Source: Chthonomonadales bacterium
Lineage (GTDB): Bacteria; Armatimonadota; Chthonomonadetes; Chthonomonadales; CAJBBX01
Assembly: GCA_037443035.1 (NCBI GenBank)
Contig: JBBIPC010000005.1
Coordinates: 1 to 64,000, forward strand
Direction: 5' to 3'
DNA: 64,000 nucleotides
In this document: piece by piece, positions 1 to 8,258 of the stretch
How the letters are laid out: each line of letters opens with the position of its first letter
Numbering within the stretch: the first letter of the stretch is position 1
The notes under the pieces: generated by a model
Told to the model about the DNA's origin: nothing
The model's database searches: none
Seen by the model: only the letters and a program-made list of their open reading frames with translations
Translations under genes and position numbers: made by a program

Positions 1-3000
1 CCGTCAGTGTAGCCGTCTTGCTGATGGCCGCGTAGCCGGCGTTGCCCGGCCACTCCGAGAGGATGGTCCGAGTACCCGCTCCCGCACCGTCGGGCACGTC
101 ATAGTATGGATAGCTGGCGTAACCCTGGGTGTTGGTGGATCGGCTGATGACGAACGTTCCGTCCACGTAGAAGTTGATCGTCTTGTTGTACAACGGGACG
201 TTGTCGCTTCTCAAGAGCCGACACTTCAGCTCCGTCCGCCCACTAATGCGCTGGGTCCGGTCGAACGTGGCCATCTTCGTGGCCCAGGATTGGCACGTGA
301 GCGTGCCACTGCCCGAAGAGCCTGTGTAGGCTGCATCGCCGGCGAACGCGCCTGTTATCGCTCTGGATCCTGCTCCTGCTGTGATCGTCCAGTTATCATC
401 GGCACGACCGTTGCTGTCGGTGGTTCCACTGCCAACGGCCGTGCCATCCACCTGGAACGCCACCGAGCGGCCTACCACCCAGGCGTTGTCCGTTGTCCTG
501 CGCAGGTACCCTCGGAGCGTCACAACCTCAGTGATAGTGCCGGTTCTGTCTGGCACGTAGAGAGAAGTGGGTGCCTTCGTGATGGTAAGGGTCCCCGAGC
601 CGGTCGAGGGCTCGTGCAGCGTGTCTCCGGCGAAACTGGCCTGAAGCGTCGTCGGTCCTGAGCCCACCGTATCGGGAATCACATAGGGCACTGTGACGAC
701 GCCAAGCGAGTCCGTAATGCCGCTCCCTGCTCCAGTTCCAGCCACGGTGAAGCTTACCGTGCGCCCGGTGAGTGCCGTGCTCGTGTCGCTTCGGGTGAGA
801 ACCGCCACCAGACTGACGCTCTGGGAGACCATACCCGCGGCGTCGGTTACGGCGAGGGCTGTGGGCCATCCAGTGACACTGAGCGTCGCAGTGTCGCTGG
901 CGCCATTGTGGGAGCTGTCACCAGCGAACGCTGCAAGGATGGTCTTGCCGCCCCTGCCTAGGGCCTCTGGAATGGTGAATGGCACCGACGCATAACCAAC
1001 CCCGTCGGTCGTTCCATCACCCACGCTGGTACCCTCCACACTGAACGAAAGGATACTCCCGCCGAGCGGGGCGTTGTCCGTCGCTCGAACGAGGGTTGCA
1101 CCGAGCGTGACCGTGGCGTTGAAGGCCCCGGCCGCATCGGACGCAGTCACGGTGCAATCCGCTTTCTGAACGGTTAGCGTGCCCGTGCCAGACGATGGGT
1201 CATAGGCTGTGTCGCCTGCGAAGCTCCCACCGATCGTGTGATCTCCGAGAACGCTGCCGGGCGGGATCGCATAGCTGATCTCAGCAACACCCGAAGCATT
1301 CGTGATACCAGACCCTGTACCGGTGCCGTCCACATCGAAGGCGACAGTACGGCCTACCACGGGCGCGCCGTTCCCGACGCAGGTGAGGGATGCAGACAAG
1401 CTGATCGTCTCTCCGATCTGGCCACTTCGATTCGCCACCGCCAGCGCAGTCTGACCCTTGGAGATGGCCAACGTGCCGGTGCCGAAGCTAGCCAAGTGGA
1501 GGCTGTCGCCCGCGAAGTCAGCCCGAATGGTGGCATTGCCGACCCCCAGGCTCTCCGGGATGGTATAGGTGCGCGTGGCAACGCCGCTTGCGTTCGTGGA
1601 GGCTGAGCCCGCGCCCGAACCGGCAACCTGGAAGGCGATGGTTCGCGATGCGAGGGCTGCACCGTCCGTGTTCCGCGTAAGCGTCGCCTGCAAGCTTACC
1701 GTCTCGCCAATCCTGCCGCTCGCGTTCGCGACCGCCGTGGTGGTAGCAGCCTTGCTCACAGTGAGCGTGCCCGTCCCGCTGCTGGGTTCGTAGGGTGGAT
1801 CGCCAGCGAACGAGGCCCCAATCGTGGCGGTTCCGGTGCCGAGGCTCTCCGGAATCGTGTAGGCAACGGTCGCTACTCCCGACCCGTTGGTGACGCCAGT
1901 GCCCGCAGCAGCACCGGCTACGGTGAAGGCGATGGTCTTGCCAGCGACGGGCGTTCCGTCGGAAGTGCGCGTGAGCGTTGCCTGCAAGTTCACGGTCTCG
2001 CGGATGCTGCCTGACACGTTCGCCACGGTAAGGGTTGTGGTGTTGCTGGCTTGAACCGTGAATCCATTCGCTACCGTGACTTGCTGACCGTCGGGATTCG
2101 TCAGGACGATATTCCGTGCGCCAGGCGAAGCATTGGAGGCGATGTCGAACTGAACCCGGACACTCGTGGGGCTATTGTAGGTGATGACGTAGTTGCTGAT
2201 GCCGTTGATCGTGCCGCCAGTGAGCTGGACGTTGAGCCGATTGGGGAAGCCCGGGCCAGGATCGAAAAGATTCGTGCCTGTGAGGTCGAGGATCACGCCT
2301 GTCGCACCCGCCTGGCCGGAACCGTTGGGGTTGTTCAGGGTCGGGGCAGGCGCCAGCAGTTGGGTAATCCAAGTTCCCCATATGTTCTGCGTAGATGTAG
2401 CGAACTCCTGAATGGTCCAGATAGAGAGGTCATCGTTGGGATCCACAGACGAGTAGCTGTAGTCGCCCCAGCGGTTGTCGCTACCACCGAATGTCACGGT
2501 GTACTTGTTCTGGCCAGGCACGATCTCCATGATCGCCTGGAGCGTGCCCGACGGATCGCTGCTCAGCCGTCCGCACGTTTCAGCCGCTACCCACCGGTTG
2601 CCGTTCGAATCCGAGAACGAGACCGCCATCTGCCCGAGGCCATTGACGGCAACGGATGGATAGTAGAAGAACACCGGATCACTAGCTGCACCATCGTAGA
2701 GTCGCCCGCTCTGCACCACCGACGGAGTGCTGGTGGACACATCCAGCTCGATCCACTCGATGCCTGTACGATCGGCGCCACTCGAGCCTCCGACGCTGTT
2801 GACCCCGATATGGCGGCACGTGTACAGCCTGTTGTTCCGGATCGTGGCTGGATGCATGCGCATATCACCCACGTCAATGTTGAGGGTACTTCCCTTTGCC
2901 GGTGCGTCTGGTGGGAACGCATAGGCTGGCAGACTGACTGTCATGACCGAGCTGAAGGTGGGAGCGCCGCTCGACGGCCAGGTGAAGTAGGCTGCGCGCA

Positions 3001-3997
3001 TGTTGCTGTAGCTTGTAGAGCTGGATCCGACAATCCACGCCCGGCCAGTCGAAGCGACCGCGTCCAGATTCAGCGCTGGCTGTGGCGTGGCGTAGAAACC
3101 GCTCGGGTTCTCGACGAAGTAGACCGTGTCGAGATACGGTGGCGACGACAAGAGGGACGCCTTGCGCGTTGCCGCGATGCGAATGGTCGCGCTCGATCCG
3201 AAGAGAGTGGCCGCCACGTAGACCCCGTTGTCATCCACGCCCAGCGTATCATAGTCCGTGAACTTCCCGGACTGCCCGATCGGAATGATGTACTTGTCCC
3301 ACGTGCCGGTGGGATCGGAAGTCCGGGATATGGCGAGCACTACGTGGTTGTTCGAACTGTAGTTGTTCTCGAGCGCAGTTGCGAAGAACCGTCCGCTGCG
3401 ACGATCGTAGACCACACGGGGATCGAATGCGTAGTCGCGAGGATACGTCGTCCCTCCCACATTCACGGTGAAGAAGGATTCCAGGGTGACGTGGCTCAGC
3501 CTCGTGCCGCTGCGCGTGTAGACGGCCACTGAGCCATTGATAACCTGAAGGAAGTGATTCGGGCCGATGGCTCCGCAGGTATCTGGCGGAATGACTCCCC
3601 ACCCGAACTGGTTGTACTGGTTCTGGAGGGTAATTCCCGTGAAGTTGGCACCTTTGGTCTGCGGGGCTAGGATGTGACGGTAGAGCGCATTGGGCGTACC
3701 TTCCTCAGGTGGCAGGAAGACTGCGGGTAGGAAAAAGGTAGACGTCTCCTCCACGGGTCCTTCGCGCACTTCTTCGGCCTCGTGCTCGCCGATGACGAGC
3801 AGACGCGGTCTTGGGGGTCGGAGGCCCTGTTCGATTTCCCAGAGCCACCGCAGGTCGCGTCTGGCCATATCGGCCATCGTGTCGGTGAAGGGACGCTGAG
3901 GACCAGGAGCTTCCGTGATAGGAGGCTGTGCGGCGGAATGCACGGCAAGCGCCGCCCACCAGCCCAGGACAAGTGCCAGACCGAGAAAGCGCTGCAT
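1..3997 (-). CDS. Large secreted/surface protein (>1330 aa, 3' end outside window): signal peptide, uncharacterised ~500-aa N-terminal domain, one IPT-like domain and at least 7 tandem Ig-like repeats
   Basis: Absent from the ORF track because there is no stop in the window. Manual translation: ATG at 3997 after GGAGG, MQRFLGLALVLGWWAALAVHSAA signal; motifs PPDTCGAIGPNH, DPRVVYD, RWGDYSYSSVDP; ~100-aa repeats ending F(A)GD..(Y/H)..S.GTGTLT. Frame checked at 3580, 2044 and 4. Confidence 0.9.
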   Translation of the reverse strand, partial: MQRFLGLALVLGWWAALAVHSAAQPPITEAPGPQRPFTDTMADMARRDLRWLWEIEQGLRPPRPRLLVIGEHEAEEVREGPVEETSTFFLPAVFLPPEEGTPNALYRHILAPQTKGANFTGITLQNQYNQFGWGVIPPDTCGAIGPNHFLQVINGSVAVYTRSGTRLSHVTLESFFTVNVGGTTYPRDYAFDPRVVYDRRSGRFFATALENNYSSNNHVVLAISRTSDPTGTWDKYIIPIGQSGKFTDYDTLGVDDNGVYVAATLFGSSATIRIAATRKASLLSSPPYLDTVYFVENPSGFYATPQPALNLDAVASTGRAWIVGSSSTSYSNMRAAYFTWPSSGAPTFSSVMTVSLPAYAFPPDAPAKGSTLNIDVGDMRMHPATIRNNRLYTCRHIGVNSVGGSSGADRTGIEWIELDVSTSTPSVVQSGRLYDGAASDPVFFYYPSVAVNGLGQMAVSFSDSNGNRWVAAETCGRLSSDPSGTLQAIMEIVPGQNKYTVTFGGSDNRWGDYSYSSVDPNDDLSIWTIQEFATSTQNIWGTWITQLLAPAPTLNNPNGSGQAGATGVILDLTGTNLFDPGPGFPNRLNVQLTGGTINGISNYVITYNSPTSVRVQFDIASNASPGARNIVLTNPDGQQVTVANGFTVQASNTTTLTVANVSGSIRETVNLQATLTRTSDGTPVAGKTIAFTVAGAAAGTGVTNGSGVATVAYTIPESLGTGTATIGASFAGDPPYEPSSGTGTLTVSKAATTTAVANASGRIGETVSLQATLTRNTDGAALASRTIAFQVAGSGAGSASTNASGVATRTYTIPESLGVGNATIRADFAGDSLHLASFGTGTLAISKGQTALAVANRSGQIGETISLSASLTCVGNGAPVVGRTVAFDVDGTGTGSGITNASGVAEISYAIPPGSVLGDHTIGGSFAGDTAYDPSSGTGTLTVQKADCTVTASDAAGAFNATVTLGATLVRATDNAPLGGSILSFSVEGTSVGDGTTDGVGYASVPFTIPEALGRGGKTILAAFAGDSSHNGASDTATLSVTGWPTALAVTDAAGMVSQSVSLVAVLTRSDTSTALTGRTVSFTVAGTGAGSGITDSLGVVTVPYVIPDTVGSGPTTLQASFAGDTLHEPSTGSGTLTITKAPTSLYVPDRTGTITEVVTLRGYLRRTTDNAWVVGRSVAFQVDGTAVGSGTTDSNGRADDNWTITAGAGSRAITGAFAGDAAYTGSSGSGTLTCQSWATKMATFDRTQRISGRTELKCRLLRSDNVPLYNKTINFYVDGTFVISRSTNTQGYASYPYYDVPDGAGAGTRTILSEWPGNAGYAAISKTATLT

Positions 3998-4251
3998 ACG
4001 AGCCTCCAGCCGGTGCAGTAATGGGGCTAGTTCATCCGACGACGGGCCCAGAACGGGAGTTCCCCGCTTGTCGGTAGTGCCTGCGATTCCGACGCTCCCA
4101 CTGGGCTTACCACCTGACGATTATACGACCCGGGTAGCAATAACTGCTGTATGTACATGCCGACAGAAGCGGGCGGTTGCCACCGCGTCAGAACAAGAGG
4201 GAGCCCGTCAAGCCACGCAGATCTGGTCTGACGGGTCCGATCGCTATTGCC

Positions 4252-4596
4252 TCACTTGGCCGGCTTACTCTTGGGATCGCCCGGCAACGTGTCCGACTTG
4301 ACTTCCTTCTCGTTCGTTGCCCGGTCCTTGTCCGAGTCCAGCTTGGCGACAGCCTTGAGCACGGCTGGGGTCAGCTTCTTCGTCTTGGCGGTCTTCATGG
4401 CCTTCTGGAGATCCAGGCCAAAAGGATTGAGCTTCGTACCGACGGCATGGCAGAGGCTGCACTGGGCTGATGCGATCTTGGAGGTCTTCTTGACGCCGGT
4501 AAGCTTCAGGAAGTCCATCCGAATCACCGGCATGGCAAGCGACGCCGCCGCGCCGAGGGACAGCAGAACAACTGTGGCTACACGAAACGCCTTCAC
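4252..4596 (-). CDS. Small exported monoheme c-type cytochrome-like protein (paralog 1)
   Basis: GTG start at 4596 after GGAGG; signal peptide; CSLCH heme motif; LNPFG and LDSDKD..TN..E....TLPGDP tail; Lys-rich. Confidence 0.8.
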   Translation of the reverse strand: MKAFRVATVVLLSLGAAASLAMPVIRMDFLKLTGVKKTSKIASAQCSLCHAVGTKLNPFGLDLQKAMKTAKTKKLTPAVLKAVAKLDSDKDRATNEKEVKSDTLPGDPKSKPAK

Positions 4597-4633
4597 TTGA
4601 TCCTCCCCTTTCTGAGAGTTGGCGCGCACATCC

Positions 4634-4984
4634 TCACTTCGCAGGCTTGCTCTTGGGATCGCCGGGAAGGGTACCTGCCTTGATCTCCTTCTCGTTACTG
4701 GCCTTGTCTTTGTCCGAATCGAGCTTCGCTGTCTTCTTCAATACGGCTGCTGTCAGGCTCTTCGTCTTCAATGCCTTCATAGCCGCAGCAAGATCCTTGC
4801 CATAGGGGTTCAACGCCGGCTTCCCTATACCCACATGGCAAGCTGCGCAGCTAGCTTTCGCCAGGGGTGAATCTTTGGGCGGTTTGGCGAGCTTGCCGAA
4901 CTCGATCTGCGTAGATGGATGGGCTATGGCCATGACCACCAGTGCTGCCATCACCGCTGCCATGATCGCTCGCGTGTTCTTCAC
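4634..4984 (-). CDS. Small exported monoheme c-type cytochrome-like protein (paralog 2)
   Basis: Signal peptide; CAACH motif; LNPYG and LDSDKDKASNEKEIKAGTLPGDPKSKPAK, near-identical to the tail of paralog 1. Confidence 0.8.
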   Translation of the reverse strand: MKNTRAIMAAVMAALVVMAIAHPSTQIEFGKLAKPPKDSPLAKASCAACHVGIGKPALNPYGKDLAAAMKALKTKSLTAAVLKKTAKLDSDKDKASNEKEIKAGTLPGDPKSKPAK

Positions 4985-5101
4985 AAGAGCCTCCTCTCAG
5001 CGCGTCTGCGCTCGACATTTCTCCATGAGGATACCCCACGCGCCGTTTCGGCGCAGGGACGCAGCCCGTCGGAGCCGAAAGGAATTAGGTAGTCAGGATT
5101 C

Positions 5102-7162
5102 ATGTCATCGGATCGGCCGCTCCAACGAAAGGAAGCTGCGCGGCGAAGCCGCGGACTTCTGAGTCTGCGTGTCGTTCTGGTGGCGATCATCATCATCCCC
5201 CTGAATGCCTGGTGGATTACCGAGATAGAGTACGTTCGGTATTCCGACAACGCCACGACCCAGGCCATCTTCTTCAATGCCGTAACGCTCCTGTTAGCGC
5301 TCCTGGGCCTGAACGTCCTCCTGCGCCGTCTCGGACCTCGATGGATATTCACGACCCAGGAGATCCTGGCCCTCTATGTCATCGTCGCGGTTGCGAGCAA
5401 TCTGGCCGGCCATGACCAGCTCCAGATCCTCTTCACAACTCTGACCTACGTCTTCCGACACGCAACGCCAGAGACGGGATGGGCAACCAAGATCCTTCCG
5501 CATCTCCCGGCTCATCTCGTCGTCAGTGACAAGGAGGTGATAGACCCTCTCTTCACTGGCAACAGCACTCTCTACAGGCCGGATCACATTCTCCCGTGGC
5601 TGAAACCGCTGGGGTGGTGGACCCTCTTTGTCATGGCGGTCGTATGGACGATGCTGTGCCTGGCGAGCCTATTCCGAAGGCAGTGGGATTACGAGCGCCT
5701 CAACTACCCCATCGCCGAGATACCCATACAGGTGTTGAGCAGGCCGCAATCTCTCTTTGGCTCGAGGCTCCTGTGGGGCGGAGCCGCTATCGGGGCGGCT
5801 GGTCAGATCATCAACCTGATTCACAGCCTGTACCCATCCATACCGGGTGTGCCCATCGGCGTACAGTACTTCCAGGCACAAGCGTATCCCTGGAACGCTG
5901 CTGGACCGCTACCCATCTCGTCTTTCCCGTTCGCCTATGGTCTGACATTCCTCTTGCCGACGCAGTTGGGATTCTCGTGTTGGTTCTTCATGCTCTTCAG
6001 CCGTGTCGAGTTGATCGTCGCCGCCATGATGGGTTATACGGAATGGGGCAAGTTCCCCTACGTTCAGCAACAGGGGGTCGGAGCGATCTTGGGCGTGGCG
6101 CTGGCGGTGCTCTACACGGCTCGAGGGCATCTGGCGCACGCGTGGCGGTGTACATGGCGGAGCGACCCCCTCCCTGACCCTACCCCTGGAAAGGGGAGGG
6201 GATACGAAGACGTCCGCACGGATCCTCTCTGTGACCGTCGCTATGGAACAGGACGTGGATATGCGGATGGGGAGCGGGACGTTAATGAGCCTATGTCCTA
6301 TCGAACGGCGGTGCTGGGGCTGATGGCAGGTTCGGCGGGCATGGTCTGGTTCGCCATGGCCGCCGGAATGCGCTGGCAGACGGCCATGCTTTACCTTGGC
6401 ATCCTGTTCGTCATTGTCCTCGTGGTCGCGCGCCTGAGGGCCGAGCTGGGGCTGCCGACCTACGAGCTGTACCAGGTCGGGGCGGATCAGGTCCTGCAAA
6501 GGGTTTCGGGTACGGCCGCATGGACGCGCGGCGACTTGACCGTGATGACGCTCTTCTTCTGGCTGTCTCGGACCCACCGCCAGTTTCCCATGCAGACGCA
6601 CGTGGATGCCATCCGCATAGGGCACCGCACAGGGGTGCGCCTGTCCTCACTGACGCTGCTCATCCTGCTAGCTAGCCTTCTTGGCACGGTTGCGGCCTTC
6701 TGGGCATATCTGCATACCATGTACCAGGTTGGCTTCGAGAGCGCAAAGTTTCGCGGTCCAGCTATCTGGGCCTTTGGCAGCGAGCCGTGGCAGAAGCTGG
6801 ATAGCTGGATCTCTTCGCCGCAGCGGGCAGATCCTGGGACCATGGGCGCTTATGCCTTCGGCTGTCTGTTCACGCTTTTTCTCGCGGCGATGCGCGTGCG
6901 GTTCGTATGGTGGCCCTTTCATCCGGCTGGCTACCTAGTGGCTGGCAGTTTCGGGCTGTTCCGGCTCTGGCTGCCCATCTTCGTGAGCTGGCTCATCAAG
7001 GTACTTCTCCTGCGGTACGGCGGTCTGCGTGCTTACCGGCAAGCACTGCCGTTCTTCATCGGTCTGATCTTGGGAGAGTTCGTGACGGGATTCGCGCGGA
7101 CAGTGCTGGACATGGTGCTCGGCCTTCATCTGCCTCCGGAAAGCGGCATCGGAGGCTTGTGA
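5102..7162 (+). CDS. Polytopic membrane protein resembling the DUF6785/DUF6784 (putative peptide transporter-like) family
   Basis: 686 aa, many TM segments; motifs RRQWDYERLNYPI, RLRAELG, WWPFHPAGY, RYGGLRAYR..PFFIGLILGE. Confidence 0.75.
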   Translation: MSSDRPLQRKEAARRSRGLLSLRVVLVAIIIIPLNAWWITEIEYVRYSDNATTQAIFFNAVTLLLALLGLNVLLRRLGPRWIFTTQEILALYVIVAVASNLAGHDQLQILFTTLTYVFRHATPETGWATKILPHLPAHLVVSDKEVIDPLFTGNSTLYRPDHILPWLKPLGWWTLFVMAVVWTMLCLASLFRRQWDYERLNYPIAEIPIQVLSRPQSLFGSRLLWGGAAIGAAGQIINLIHSLYPSIPGVPIGVQYFQAQAYPWNAAGPLPISSFPFAYGLTFLLPTQLGFSCWFFMLFSRVELIVAAMMGYTEWGKFPYVQQQGVGAILGVALAVLYTARGHLAHAWRCTWRSDPLPDPTPGKGRGYEDVRTDPLCDRRYGTGRGYADGERDVNEPMSYRTAVLGLMAGSAGMVWFAMAAGMRWQTAMLYLGILFVIVLVVARLRAELGLPTYELYQVGADQVLQRVSGTAAWTRGDLTVMTLFFWLSRTHRQFPMQTHVDAIRIGHRTGVRLSSLTLLILLASLLGTVAAFWAYLHTMYQVGFESAKFRGPAIWAFGSEPWQKLDSWISSPQRADPGTMGAYAFGCLFTLFLAAMRVRFVWWPFHPAGYLVAGSFGLFRLWLPIFVSWLIKVLLLRYGGLRAYRQALPFFIGLILGEFVTGFARTVLDMVLGLHLPPESGIGGL
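6164..6268 (+). repeat. In-frame tandem degenerate duplication (57-nt period); the first copy is a C-rich/G-rich palindromic element
   Basis: DPLPDPTPGKGRGYED vs DPLCDRRYGTGRGYAD; first copy CCCCTCCCtgaccctacccctggaaagGGGAGGGG. Confidence 0.7.
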
Positions 7163-7175
7163 GGGGACGTGCTAG

Positions 7176-7204
7176 TTGCAACCTGCCGGTGTCGTCAGTA
7201 TAAC
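7176..7204 (+). promoter_or_regulatory. Sigma70-type promoter for the sugar ABC genes
   Basis: TTGCAA-17 nt-TATAAC, ~90 nt upstream of AGGAGG/ATG at 7293. Confidence 0.6.
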
Positions 7205-7292
7205 GCCGCGTAGGACTCGCATCCGCCTTCGGCGAACCGACAACCGAACGGCCCGTAGACGCAACGGGGCGTAGGCGTTCAGGAGGTGAAGT

Positions 7293-8258
7293 ATGTCCCG
7301 ACAGCGATGGTCATCTCTCCTTGCGATGCTGATCGTGGCGACCGTATCCTGCGGTAAGGAGACGGACACGACTCGCCGCACCGGTGAAGCGCCAGGCCAG
7401 AGCGCCAGACCACTCATCTGCGTGTCGCTTCTCACCCTGGCGAATCCATTCTTCAAGGTCATGGGCGATGCCATGCAGGCAGAGGCCGCCGCTCGTGGCT
7501 ACGAGGTGCTGGTTACATCCGCCGACATGGATCCAGCTCGCCAAAAGGACCAGGTCAAGGACTTTCTCAGCAAGAAGGCCGCGGCTATCATCCTCTGTCC
7601 AGCCGATTCCCGTTCGATAGCCACGTCGATCCAGGAGGCCAATCAGGCGGGCGTTCCCGTTTTCACCGCAGACATCGCATGCCTCGACAAGAACGTCAAG
7701 GTGGTCTCGCATATTGCTACCGACAACTACGCCGGCGGCAAGCTGGCAGCACAGGCGATGATAGAAGCCCTGGGTGGCAAAGGCAAAGTGGCCATCATTG
7801 ACCATCCCGAGGTGGAGTCTGTCATCTTGCGGACGAAGGGCTTCAGAGAGGTGATGGCCAAGGCGCCCGGCATCACCATCGTCGCTCAGCTCCCTGGAGG
7901 TGGCATGCGGGACACGGCGTTCAAGACGGCCCAGGATATTCTCGAGAAGCACCCGGACCTCGACGGGATCTTCGCCATCAACGATCCATCCGCTCTGGGT
8001 GCCATAGCGGCCATCGAGAAAGCTGGGCGGATGCAGCGCATCAAGGTGGTGGGCTTCGACGGCCAGCCGGAGGCCAAGCAGGCCATCAAGGAAGGCAAGA
8101 TGTATGCGGACTCCATCCAGTACCCCGACAAGATCGGCAAGCTGGCCATCGAGGCAGTGGCCCGGTATTTCGCCGGCGAGAAGGTGCCGCCCGAAACGCT
8201 CATCCCAACAGGTCTTTACAAGAAAGCAGACGCTGAGAGGGATCCCGAGCTGAAGTGA
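7293..8258 (+). CDS. Sugar ABC transporter substrate-binding lipoprotein (RbsB-like)
   Basis: Lipobox TVSC; NPFF, ATDNYAGG, AINDPSALGA and VVGFDG periplasmic binding protein motifs. Confidence 0.9.
   Translation: MSRQRWSSLLAMLIVATVSCGKETDTTRRTGEAPGQSARPLICVSLLTLANPFFKVMGDAMQAEAAARGYEVLVTSADMDPARQKDQVKDFLSKKAAAIILCPADSRSIATSIQEANQAGVPVFTADIACLDKNVKVVSHIATDNYAGGKLAAQAMIEALGGKGKVAIIDHPEVESVILRTKGFREVMAKAPGITIVAQLPGGGMRDTAFKTAQDILEKHPDLDGIFAINDPSALGAIAAIEKAGRMQRIKVVGFDGQPEAKQAIKEGKMYADSIQYPDKIGKLAIEAVARYFAGEKVPPETLIPTGLYKKADAERDPELK

Noticed and set aside
2..286. Possible diversity-generating retroelement TR/VR pair with 58025..58309
   Set aside because: Both copies are coding, differences are not confined to adenines, and there is no reverse transcriptase in the window.
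2051..3532. 493-aa plus-strand ORF, and other plus-strand ORFs within 290-4021
   Set aside because: Antisense shadows of the real minus-strand surface protein; Arg-rich with no motifs.
4060..4240. Imperfect inverted repeats upstream of the surface protein gene (CCCGCTTGTCGG / CCGACAGAAGCGGG; CCCGTCA / TGACGGG)
   Set aside because: Short and imperfect in GC-rich DNA. The second may be a weak terminator for the cytochrome genes, but I cannot support that.
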